From: Vitrella brassicaformis CCMP3155 | Lineage: Eukaryota > Protista > Chromerida | Length of the DNA stretch: 64,000 bases | Direction: 5' to 3' | NCBI GenBank assembly: GCA_001179505.1 | Contig: CDMY01000013.1 | Span: 148,527-212,526, forward strand | Part shown: piece by piece, positions 25,926 through 37,652 of the stretch | Layout of the letters: the number at the start of each line of letters is the position of its first letter | Numbering within the stretch: the stretch's first letter is position 1 | Position numbers and translations under genes: made by a program | The notes under the pieces: model-generated | Told to the model about the DNA's origin: nothing | The model's input: only the letters and a program-made list of their open reading frames with translations | The model's database searches: none

Positions 25926-26620
25926 CTCGTCTGTGCATATTGGATGGATGGATGCACTGCTATCTGCTCATTCACAACTTATCACGTGTGTGTTGCTGTA
26001 ATGGTGGCGGGCTGAGAAATGAATGACCCACCCATAATACTCCCTATGGTCCCGGAACCGCAGCCCCGCCATCGTATAGCCCGTCCTCACCGCGATGGCG
26101 TTTTTGGGGACGGGCATGGTGCCAGGGTGGAGTTGGTGCCGCAACTCCACCCTGTTGGCTATTCGGAAGCCATCTGAGGGCGGCATGGCGCCTCAGCACT
26201 CCTGCCGGCGGCTTCGGACCGGCGGATGTTGGTTTTCTGTGAGGGAGGGGCGAGGGGGACGGGGGAGTGGGAATACGGGGATGCGCGGGCGTCAGCTGGA
26301 CGCAAAATTCGTCAGACCAGGCGAAGATTACGCTGATTTGACGAGGATGGCGAATGCGGGGCCTCAGACACTGCCAGTCCTCCTGCCTGACCGCCATCTC
26401 CAGCACCTCCTGCAGCGTCAACCCCCTTTCCCGCTCCGCACAATGGCCGGCAACGAATCCAAAGCGCATCTTAAACACATCACGCTCCCTGGCGGCTGCT
26501 GCGGTGGTCCTCTCGAGGGCTGTCGTGATGAAGAGGCGGATGATCTGGCTGATGGGTGCCGGAGAGGGGCGAGCAGGTAGGGCGGAATGGCGTTGCACAT
26601 GTAGCCGGCGATTTCCATCT
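24853..26620 (-). pseudogene. Copy A' of an unknown lineage-specific gene family; frameshifted
   Basis: Ends in DDDLIEHAIEVCHTHRRRCQLGRLGLSDTVREVEANMGHPQ*, paralogous to A. It has a 1-nt deletion relative to A (caccggggcag vs cacccggggcag, ~25150), a 27-nt deletion, and an apparent frameshift near 26560. Confidence 0.65.
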
Positions 26621-26841
26621 TGATCTCCCTCAGAATCCCGTCGTCGGTGGCCGCACGGATGGACCAAAGTGGCCGCAGGGTCAGAGAGCGGAGCCAGGGG
26701 GGGGGGGGTTGGAGAGAGTTTACAAGGAATGCCTTTTGACGCGCGGCTGCCTTTTTTGCACAAAAAGAAATGAGTGGAGTCGCACCGAAACGGCCGAGAA
26801 CGGCGGCGGTGCGGGGCGATAGTTTTGGCGAGGAGGCGGGG

Positions 26842-29466
26842 ATGGATGCTGGCCAGACGACGTCTGGTCAGGTGGAGAGTGCATCGCACAGCGTCGATGT
26901 CGGCGCCTTTGCTCAGCGCTTCAGCCAGATCGTACGATGAAAGATGCACTCACGTCAAAGCTCCCCACAAGCACACTCGTATGCATCATTGCCTTGTTGT
27001 GTGTGTTGTTCGTGCAGCCTGTCATCATTGGTTGTGTGTTCTCATTCCTGTCGCTCCATTTGGTGGCGGCGCTGCCCCAGCGGCTCTGGCGGCACGTCTG
27101 CGCACAGATCACCCATTTGGTGATGGACACCTACAACACGGCCGAGTGACCAGCGGCCGAGCGGCGCTTCTGGTGCGGCCTGTCGTTCAGCGATGCCTTC
27201 GAGTGGGGCCGGCGGCTGACGCAGCTCAAATCCGTCGTCGCCCGATACCCCATTTCCGGAAATTTGTATGACTACGGAAAGGGGCTGCAGCGTGCGGTGA
27301 ACGACAAAGTGACGGCAGTGGTGGAGGGGCATGCAGAGGGACGCAGGGCGGCGCAGGCCGGGGGAGGCACACTCGAGTCCATCGAATTCGACGGCTTTTA
27401 CCTACGATTAGAGACTTCGATGGGAGAAGATGGTACGTCCATGAGAAGAGAACGACTAGAGATGTCTGTACACATTTGCGTGAATGGACATTCAGGTGAT
27501 GTTTATCAAGATGATTTCGTACGAGACATCGACACGGACGAGGCCAGAGAAGTGGCAGCCATTGCAGAGAACCCACCCACCCTCCCCCCTCCCCTCGACN
27601 NNNNNNNNNNNNNNNNNNNNNNNNNNNNNNNNNNNNNNNNNNNNNNNNNNNNNNNNNNNNNNNNNNNNNNNNNNNNNNNNNNNNNNNNNNNNNNNNNNNN
27701 NNNNNNNNNNNNNNNNNNNNNNNNNNNNNNNNNNNNNNNNNNNNNNNNNNNNNNNNNNNNNNNNNNNNNNNNNNNNNNNNNNNNNNNNNNNNNNNNNNNN
27801 NNNNNNNNNNNNNNNNNNNNNNNNNNNNNNNNNNNNNNNNNNNNNNNNNNNNNNNNNNNNNNNNNNNNNNNNNNNNNNNNNNNNNNNNNNNNNNNNNNNC
27901 CTCCCCTCGACCCTCCCCCCACCCTCTCATCCCTCACATCCATCAGCGGCCTCGAGAGCCAGCGTTTCCTTCGCCATGATAGACTCTGGCAGCTGCCGTC
28001 ACTCGGCACGGTGCAGGCGACCGACGATCACTTCGACTCTGCCGAGGTGTTGGGGCGTCTCGTGCGGACGGCACAGTACCTGAAGGGCCTCGACATGGAG
28101 ATACGGCCCGACATCCTGGCTGAGTCGTTGACGGCCATCCCCGTGACAGCAGGAGGTGGGCAGCCCGGCCCCCTCTCACAGCTGGAGCTCGTCGGCACAC
28201 TCGGCGTCTTGGGGCGGTCAGATCAGATCAGTATCAACCAATGGCGCAACGGACTCGAGCGGCTACAGGTAGGTGCACACAACACACACACGTCGGGGTG
28301 AGTGGTGCACCGTACCGTCGGTGTCATTCCTCTCAGGCCGTGCTTGTTGAGCGTGGGTGTCATTCCATCAAGCAGCTCGATGTGGACTTCATCGATGGAC
28401 CCGTTGACGAGGACATCTTCGCGGCGCTGTCGGTCATGGAGGCCTTCACACGCACCGTGTGTGTCAAGCCCGACATCCCCGTCAGCATCAATGTCTACGA
28501 CGCGATGTCGGAGCGGGCCGTCCCGATCTTCGACCTCTCTCTCCTGTGTGAGGTCCCCACCCGCCCCGCCCCCTCCTTCTTCGTGCAGAAGCACATCCAG
28601 CAGCTGGCCGCCGACACACCGACGGCATGCTTCGTCATCGCCCCCCACCACTTCACCACCCCCCTCGACACACCCAGCCCATCTGCCGTGGCCCTCGCCC
28701 GATGCATGACCTTCCTCAAGGCAGACCAAGTGGAGGTCTTCGAGCAGGGGCGCTTCTTGGGGGCCCAGTGGGAGCCTGACGCTGACGCCGAGCCGCCCAA
28801 CCCCACGGTGATCGACCAGCTTCCCGCCAGCGCATTTCCCACCGCATCGCGCCTCTACATCTACAGCACTAAGGGGTATGCGATCGGCAAAAAGCTGGCG
28901 TCGAAGATGCCGGCGGTCAGAGATATCGAGCTGTATGAGACGATGGAGGCGGATGCGGTGGGCGTGCTGGAGGCAGTGGGCGGCGGCGGCAGCCCGATGC
29001 GGTGTGAGATCAGGCACATGACGGCTGTGAGTGAGGAGGGGCTTCGGTGGGGAGACAAGGCGGACGAGCTGCCGAGCATCGAGCAGCAGCATGTTTGCGT
29101 GGAGGGTAAATTCCAGAGAATGTCTATCATCTCGGCTTGCTGTCCTCGCTGAACGTCGCTGTGTGTGTGTGTGTGTGTGTGTGTGCAGTGCCCGAGGATT
29201 TGGGCCATGGTGATGCCGCCGGCGAGTTCGGCGTTTCGTGTGTGTCGTCGCTGCTCAAGATCCGCGGCATCGAAGAGCTCAAGCTCCGGCTGGAGCCTCC
29301 GGCTGCCTTCCAATCCTTCAAGCGGCTGGTGAGGGAGCGGAGACACGGCGACACCATCGAGGGCCTTCCTGGACGCTTCGACAGTATCGGGTGGACGACA
29401 CACATGGGAATTCATATCTGGCGACCTGTTGGGGCATGCTTTCTGCTGAAGCCAAAGTCCATCTAG
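26842..29466 (+). pseudogene. Copy B of an F-box-like/degenerate-LRR expanded family; in-frame premature TGA
   Basis: MDAGQ..DVGAFAQRFSQI / VFSFLSLHLVAALPQRLWRHV / AFEWGRRLTQL / VVEGHAEGRR..TLESIEF / TPLDTPSPSAVALARCMTF / GEFGVSCVSSLLKIRGI. A TGA at 27147-27149 sits inside a 15-nt insertion that B' lacks. The F-box/LRR label is inference from the pattern. Confidence 0.7.
27600..27899. other. Assembly gap (300 N), probably spurious (flanks overlap)
   Basis: Both flanks carry cctcccctcgac, and paralog B' reads straight through here (FPPPLNPPPTL). Confidence 0.9.
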
Positions 29467-30877
29467 GTACGGGGCACCCTGAGACCTTTGTGTGGCGCCG
29501 CGTCATGTCATTTCCTGTGCGTCGACAGATTGCGTCCGTCGTATCGATGAGTGAGAGTCGCCCGTCCATCCGATGGTGAAGATTGATGACAGACAGATGA
29601 CTATCGAACAGTGACCACAGACCGACAGACCGACCCCATTCATGTGTGCATCTGTGTGCGTATGCATACCGCATCAATCCATTGCATGTGTGTGCAAGAA
29701 ATGAATTCACTGCAAGCACGGCCATCAATGTCACTGCTAAATCAGTCTTTGCCCGCCCAGCCAGCATCCATCGTCTGTCGTCACCTCAATGCACCAAAGT
29801 CGGAGACACGTAGGCAACGATTGTCAGCCATGCAACGGGAGAGGCGACACAACCGACGAATATAAAATGTAAGTAGTGATCTTTCCTTAACAGCCGATTG
29901 CGTCGAGGAGAAATGCACCCTCGCCGCGTGTCTGATCGCACACACCACAGACAAAACAATGGATGTACCTTCACGCAGTGACGTGTCAGGCCCCCTCCAT
30001 CTCTCTCTCTCTCTCTCTGTGTATGTGTGTGTGTGTGCATATGTATGTGTGGTATGTCATAGCGTCAATACAGTAGATATCGACTGTTGGAGACGTGTCT
30101 AATACTCCAACAGTCGGTCGTCATGGCCGACGACGGTTGGCTCCCCCCCCCTCTCTCTCTCTCTGGAGGAATGGCTGAGATCGGTCGCTTTCTCCTCTGT
30201 GTGTAGTCCACAATGTGTGTGTACCGGCCTGTCTGCCTGGCTGTGTTGATGGACTGACTGACGGACGTGTGTGTGTGAGCATTGATTGCATCGTATTGCT
30301 CATGTCCGTGTGGTGAATATATAGTGCACATCGACTCGATGCACAGAAATGAATCCACATGCAGTCACTCACTCAAAACTCCATCACTCTCTCTTCAAGC
30401 CAGACAACACCACCCTCCGATTCATCAACACCGATATAGACACGGCAGCCGTTGTCCGCGAGCCGTCAACTTTTCCGAATCATCAGACGGCCAGGCAGGC
30501 AGCGAGAGAGAGAGACAGACATATATTATATATAAGCACACAGGCTCAATTCCAGCCGGCCATGCAATTAAGGAGCCGTTCACATTTCTACGCAGCCCTC
30601 ATCCAGAGAGGCAGACAGACACGTGTGCACAGCCACGGGGGGGCCGTCATGTCATGTAGCTGTCTATCAAGACCCATTCACTGCTGCCGTCTCCACACAT
30701 GACAGCAGCCCTCCATGATCGTGGCACGGCACCCATCCCTCCCTCTCTCCCTCTCTCTGCAACTCATTCTACACATCAGCTATTGATGGGCCGACCTGAC
30801 ATACAAACATGATACCAACACTGCAGGACATCACATCGACGCAGGATAGCCATACCGTACCTGTTGGTAATCTTCTG

Positions 30878-33053
30878 TCAGGCGTCAAGCCGCTGGAGAG
30901 TGAGTTCATCATCATCATATTCCCCCGTCCAGCTAATGTCAAACCGGCCCTCAATCCCCTCGATCGTGTCACCGTGTGTCCGCTCCTCCACCAACCGCTG
31001 GAAGGCGTCGCTGGGCACCGGCTCGAAGGTAAGCTTCTTGATGCCGCGGATCTTGAGCAGCGACTTGACACACGCGATGCCGAACTCGCCGGCGGCATCG
31101 CCATCACGCAGATCCTCAGGCACTGCACACAGACAAAGGGGCAGCAGTCACCACAACGGTCAGCAGGCTGGTCCAAGCGATTATTTGCAGCTCACCTTCT
31201 ACACTAATACGCAGTTCTGAAATGGCCGGCAGCCGCCACGTCCCCCCACGTGAGACCCCCTTCACCCACACCCTTCTCGTAGCCGGCATGGAAGGACTCC
31301 AACTCCCTCTCCCCACCCAATGCCTGCAGCACCGCCACCGCTTGCTCTGTCGGCCCCCACAGCTTGATCCTCTTCAAGACGGGCATCTTAGTCACTAGCC
31401 TGCGGCCAATCTCGAGCCCCTTGCTGCTGTCGACGAACAGCAACGATGCAGCCGGGAATGCGTTGGGGGGCATGCTGTCGAACACAACTGGGTCGGGCTG
31501 GTCTGCATCGGGATTGGGCTCACACCCCTCCATGTCCTTGACGACCACACTCTCCGCTCTGGAGAATGTCAGGCACTGTGCGAGGGACCGGCCAGCGGGG
31601 CTGGGCGTGTCGAGAGGGCCGGGGATGGTGAGATAGTGGGCGCGGACGATGAAGCAGACACTATGTGATGCGGCGGCCAGCTGCTGGAGGCGGTTCTGCA
31701 CGAAGGGGGAGGGGGCGGGGCGGGTGGGGACCTTACACAGGAGGCCAAGGTCGAAGCCGTCGTCGTCCTCAAATTCACTGACGACGAGGATGTCGACGGG
31801 GATGTCGGGCCTCACACACACGGTGCGGGTCAAGGCCTCGATGGCCGACAGGGTCTTGAAGATGCGGCTGTCGATGCAGGAACCGATGTCGATGCAGGAC
31901 TCCTCGATCTTGATGCTGAGCTTCTTGATGGAGCGGCAGCCACGGTCGACAAGTACGGCCTGCACACAGACACACGCACATCACAAGCAAGCTCTCGCCC
32001 ACCCTCTCTGGCCTTGTGTATCTTGTGTGCCTCGTCGCATACCTGAAGGCGCTGCAGACCCGCAGCGCGTATTTTCGGCATGGTGAGGGTGCCGATGTCC
32101 TCCAGCTGCGACAGCAGCCCCGGCTGGCCCGCAGCTGCTGTGGGGATCTGCGCCAGCGACTCAGCCATGGCGTCAGGGTGGCAGTCCACGTGCAGCTCCT
32201 TGAGGCGCCGTGCCGTGGCCACCAGCCCCCCCAACGTCTCCCGCCCCACCATCCCGACTATATGCAGCCTCTCCAGTGACGGCAGCCGCCAGTGCCGCCC
32301 GCCGCCGGGATAAGAGAGCCGATATCGCCTGATGGTCATGGATGTGAGGGCTGTGAGGGTGGGGGGCGGGTTGAGGGGAGGGGGGAATGACGCCGGCCGC
32401 TGCTCAGCAGCCATGATCATTTGATCCTCCTCCTCGTCAACGTGAATTCTCGATCCGCTCTTGCTGTACTCGATCGACTCCAACGTGCTCCCCGCCTGCT
32501 GCCCGGTTGCTGTGGCCGCAGCGGCTCTCCGCCCCATGCTTTGCCCTCCACCAATGCCGTGAGGATCTTCTCACCTATCCGCTCTAAATATCCATAGTGA
32601 GTGTATCCCAAGTTTGAGCGGAAGCCAGAGGGACACCGGACGACGATGGACTCGAGCCCCGTGAGCCGCCGGCCCCACTCGAAGGCGTCATTGAACGACA
32701 GGCCCCACCAGAAGCGCCGCTCCGCCGTGTCGTGGGTGTCCATCACCAGCCGTGTGATCTGGGAGCCGACGTGGCGCCACAGCCGCTGGGGCAGCGCTGC
32801 CACCAAATGGAGCGACAGGAATGAGAAGACGTAGGCAACGACAGCAGGCTGAGTGGACAACCACACACCACACAGACACACACAGCGGACATAATGAAGA
32901 TCTGTGTGCTTGTCAGTGGTGTGTTTTGGTGCATCTTACGACTTGGCCGAAGCGCTGTGCGAAGGCCTCCAAATCTATGCTGTGCGATGGCGTGGCCTGC
33001 TGCTGCTGCTGCTGCTGCTGATGCTGTTGCTGCGGGTTGTCGGTGTCCATCAT
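30878..33053 (-). pseudogene. Copy B' of the same family, in inverted orientation; two apparent frameshifts
   Basis: Collinear with B: DLEAFAQRFGQV / VFSFLSLHLVAALPQRLWRHV / AFEWGRRLTGL / TLESIEY / GEFGIACVKSLLKIRGI. The frame breaks near 32540 (LVEG|..MGRRAA) and near 31230 (GDVA|..LPAISELRISVE). Confidence 0.7.
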
Positions 33054-34072
33054 CGTGCCGTCTAACTGATCCTCCTCTCTCCGCCGCCCGCCTCTTTCGC
33101 TTCGGTGCCGACTCACTTACCAATTGTCACCAATGAATCAGTGACCATAGATTTTGCGATCTCAAGCGCCCCAAACGAGGGGCAGGGGCGTCTCAGACGC
33201 CCTGCGGAACAACAGCGCTGATGCGATACTCTGGACTCATCACCTCTTGGAGTATTGTCGAGATTTTGCTTTTCTCGCGGAGACGGGTCGCGACGAGGTG
33301 GCGATTCGGAACAAAAAGCGTAGCGGCTCACTCCCGCGGGTTTTGCCGAGTTTTCTTCGCCTTCGGCACGCCTATACACGCCAAGATGCCCATGAGGAGG
33401 ACCTTCCGGCAGCCGGCGGCAGGTCTGCGCACCCGTAAGGGTTGATTATGATTTTGGATGTCTTCGCCCTTCATTCTCTTTGTGTGGCAGACTCCCGCCG
33501 CTATTCGCGACGAGAAGGCGGATGAGTGGAGCCGGCCTCTTGAAGCGGCTCTCCTGCGATGACGGTGCGACATTTGAGGGAAATCATCGATCCTCTGCAC
33601 ATTCCGTTCGGCCGCGTGGTGAGGTGCGCACGTCACCGTGCCGTGTAGTTATTCATGTCCATCCCCGTGTGTATGTAGCCCTCTATCCGAAGGAGCCACC
33701 TGCAACACCAACCATGACGTCATCGTACAGATTGCTGGAGAAAGGTAAGTGTCTTTCGTACGCGTGTCCTCAGCCTTTTGCGCACAGAACGACAGAAACA
33801 CGCAATCTGACTTAGGCCGTTCGTTCTGCCGCTGTCCGCCTTCTATTGCCTCGTGCTGTCCGCAGAAAGCAGGGCACGGCGAGATTTTCGCGCGACGAGA
33901 CGGGGACAAACCCGCAAACCCTGATTTTAAAGCTTCAAGCAGTTTTTCACATTTTTCATCCGTTTTCGGCTTTTCAACCTTCTTCAGGCCATATCTCCTC
34001 CATTTTCTCTTCCGGCTGTTTGTTGGCTGATCTTGTCCGCCTCATCTACCTCTTACTTCCCAGCTCGTCCAG

Positions 34073-37000
34073 ATGTCATCCGCCACTGTTTCCTCCACCG
34101 CCGTGCACCAGGGCAAGGCCCCGCCTGGTGGTGCCCCGCGTCTGCGGAGCGGCTTGAAACAGAAGGTGAGAAATATACGCACACACACACATCCACATGT
34201 GTGGTCCTCCTTCTCTCTCCTTGTGTTGTGCAGGTGACAGTTGGTGTTGGTCGTGGCAAGACCGCCGGCAACAACAAGAGGGCGGCGGACACTGAGCCCG
34301 ACGAGGGAGGCCAGCGAGGCGGCAAGGCGCGAAAGAAGAACTACCAGGCGGGCGCCGGCAAGAAGCGGCCGAGGGTGACGGCAGCTGTCGAGATAAGCTA
34401 CCGACCACACACCATTGACACACAAGGGCACCGCATACACCCTTGTGTGTTTGCCGCTGTCCATGGGTGGTGCCTTGCCTTTATCAGGCTGAGGAGCGGC
34501 GGGGTGGCCGCACCTTCCACCGGGCCATCCGGGCGCTGTGCGAAGAGTTCTTTCAGGACTGGAAGCAGCAACAACCTGCCGACGCCTCAAAGGGTCAGCA
34601 GCCACACACACAACAGACACACGGTGCTTGCGCCTTTCTCTCACGTGTGTCTGTGTGTGTGTGTGATGTGTGCAATGCAGCTACGTATGCAGCTGCGGGG
34701 GCCGGTGCGGCCGTGACGACCACGCGCAAGGCCAACAGCAACGCCTTCGACGTGAAGGATGTGGCGGGCGTGGTCCTCGACAAGTGGCTCAAGTATGCCA
34801 CATCCACACCACACACACATGGACAGATGGCTATACGGATGCCTTATTGTTGTTGCCGTGGTGTGTGCGGCGCCCCACATCCCCACCGGCCNNNNNNNNN
34901 NNNNNNNNNNNNNNNNNNNNNNNNNNNNNNNNNNNNNNNNNNNNNNNNNNNNNNNNNNNNNNNNNNNNNNNNNNNNNNNNNNNNNNNNNNNNNNNNNNNN
35001 NNNNNNNNNNNNNNNNNNNNNNNNNNNNNNNNNNNNNNNNNNNNNNNNNNNNNNNNNNNNNNNNNNNNNNNNNNNNNNNNNNNNNNNNNNNNNNNNNNNN
35101 NNNNNNNNNNNNNNNNNNNNNNNNNNNNNNNNNNNNNNNNNNNNNNNNNNNNNNNNNNNNNNNNNNNNNNNNNNNNNNNNNNNNNNNNNNNCAGACGAGT
35201 ACGTGCAGCCATCGACGCGTAATGGATGTGTTTGTTGTGTCTCTTGGTCCCTGCAGACCCTCCGACTGGACTACTACCTGCCGCATATCATAGACTATCT
35301 TAACTTCACGGGTGACGTCATCCACACATGCGCCGACTACAACTACGAGTGAGCAGATGCCTCCACACATCCATACGTGTGTGAATGCATGGCATGATGG
35401 GTGTGTCTGGTGTGTCTCCCCTTCCTGTCTGTCTGCAGGTGGATATTCATACGGGAGTTGGTGACGATATGGGACCCGCAGCCCTGCCCCGAGCTGCGGG
35501 TCCGTCTGTACGTGGTCACGATCGCTGTCTGCGTTTTATATCCATCGGCTCGTGGACTACATCGATGTCGCTGTGCAAGTATCAGTGATAATCTCGCGCT
35601 GCGGGCACCCACCCCCAGACCAGCTGTTCAAGATCATCCGGGCAAGTGCAACACGACATGACACTTATCTACATATGGTATATATATATATATGTTTCCA
35701 GATCGACTGCACGCATCCTGGACAGGCTGAAGCTCTTCGTAGAGGCGCTCGACCGTCACGGGACGCTTCCCTGCCCTTGACAACCCCGCACCAGACCCCA
35801 GAGAGCGTGTCGCTGTTTGTTCGATGCGCTCACATTCGCCGCCTGCCTGCAAGCCCCTGTCCGGAACTAAAGATGGGGCTGGGCTGAAGGAGGTGATGAA
35901 GATGGCCATGAGTGAGGCACTATTGGTGCAGCTGCCGTGAAGGGACCTAGGAGTCGTTCTTTCAAATTGGTCAGCACACATGAGGGAAGGAGGATTGATA
36001 CAAGTAGAGCATGAGGACGCCTTCGTTCAAGAAACAGCGGCCCAAGGGTCGCGAGGTCACCCGTTCGCTGAAGGCCCTCAAGAGAGTGTTCTTCCACCCC
36101 TGTGAGTCGGTAGAGGATGCGTCGATTTGGTCCATATACGGGCTGACTTCGAGGCCCGGAAACTTCTCGACGACATCCGACGAGCGTGTCGAGGTGAGTG
36201 TGATGGACCAGCACACACAGCTACAGCACGATGATATGTGTCTCTTCAAATCGGTTTGCAGCTTGGGCGGCCCACAGACGGTGGAGAACAGCACTCGCTG
36301 CCTACGTTTTATATGTGTAAGTTTGGTGTCTCAAACGAGATGCAGCATGGACCTGTACTTCGCTGCGGGTCGCTGGTGGGTGGGCATGGTGGGCGGCCCG
36401 AATGTGCTCATACCGAAGCGATAAGGTACACACACAAAGGACAAGGCACTGGTGTCTGTTTGTATTTTGTGTGCGCTGTGTATGTTGTGTGTACCAATCA
36501 GGCATGCACTGGCAGCTGAGCCAGATAGCGCAGAACGGGGTGCGTGCTGCACCGGGTGCTGTGGCGGCCTACCCACGGCAGCCCAGCGCCCAAACACGCC
36601 AGCAGCTGGCCCGCCACAAGAAAGCCGAGGAGTTTTGGCCTCTACGCAACGACCTGATGGTCTCTTATCTCGACAACGCCATCAGCAAGTCTCAGAGGGA
36701 GGATGCACTCAGAGATGATGTGCGTGCATGCTTTAACAGAGCGCAACTCGACGGCTGTGGCTGGGTACTGGCAGCTGATGCACCAGATCATCAACGCCTG
36801 CGAGCACCCGGGGCAGCACAACCAGCAGGTGGTCGATGTGGCCTACCTGTTCACGCACCCCCGTCTCTGCATAGGGCTGCAGTGCTTCCTGTTCGGCCTC
36901 CGCCGCCACATCCCCCTCCCCAGCCCCATTGACAGTGCCGGCCTACCCCCTGGACTTCAGCAACAACCAGCTGAACCACGTGCTGGCCCGGCTGCTCCAG

Positions 37001-37138
37001 CAACACCCGCTGCCGCCGGACGATGACCTCATCGAGCACGCCATTGAGGTGTGCCATACCCATCGGCGGTGTGAGCTGGGGCGGCTGAGGCTGTCAGACA
37101 CGGTGAGGGAGGTGGAGGCGAACATGGGGTACCACTGA
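34073..37138 (+). CDS. Copy A of the unknown family (basic N-terminus); spans a gap and carries two non-homologous inserts, so possibly disrupted
   Basis: Starts at ATG 34073 (MSSATVSST..GKARKKNYQAGAGKKRPR). Exons include TLRLDYYLPHIIDYLNFTGDVIHTCADYNYE and LPPDDDLIEHAIEVCHTHRRCELGRLRLSDTVREVEANMGYH*. Inserts relative to A' lie at 35511-36345 and 36630-36747. Confidence 0.5.
34892..35191. other. Assembly gap (300 N)
   Basis: N run inside gene A, exactly where visible homology to the left arm begins. Confidence 0.99.
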
Positions 37139-37462
37139 GAAACATGGGGTACCACTGAGAAAGGTTGGAGTTGTCGATGAGTAGGTAGTTGGTTGTGTTG
37201 GTCGGTTGGTTGTGTTGTCGGCACGACCACCAGCCTGCCGTGTGGCGTCATGTGTGTGATGTGCCGGTCACACACATGAGGCTGGTAGGCCGGTGTGTCG
37301 CTGCGGTGTGAGAGAGAGGCGGACTTAGCACCTAGAGGTGGATCAAAGGATCATCGATCGTAGCAAGGGGCGTGAGTGAGTGACATCCACCCACTTGATA
37401 GGGTGTGATGGTGTGATTTGTGGCGGTGTGGTGGGCGGGCCGGGCTGCCTCTCTCTCTCTGG
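35192..37462 (+). repeat. Right arm of the inverted segmental duplication (partner at 24465-25925)
   Basis: Same match as for the left arm. It also has a 20-nt tandem duplication (aacatggggtaccactgaga x2) at about 37121-37160. Confidence 0.93.
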
Positions 37463-37652
37463 GAGGGAAATAGGTTGAAGAAAAAGAAGGGCAATCGTTG
37501 CCTGCATTTTATATCTGTATCTTGGTTTCCATCAAGTATGTCTGTGTGTGAATACTGAGGGCGAAACCTTGACCAGTGACTTAACTGTTGCGTCACAAAT
37601 CAGCGAGAGAACACACATACACATACACATACACATACACAGACAGAGTTGG

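Noticed and set aside
27147-27149. Selenocysteine or readthrough TGA in B
   Set aside because: The TGA lies in an insertion absent from the paralog, not at a conserved Cys position, and no SECIS is evident.
30081-30116. Helitron 3' terminus
   Set aside because: No CTRR end at the expected distance on either strand, and no Rep/helicase coding sequence in the window.
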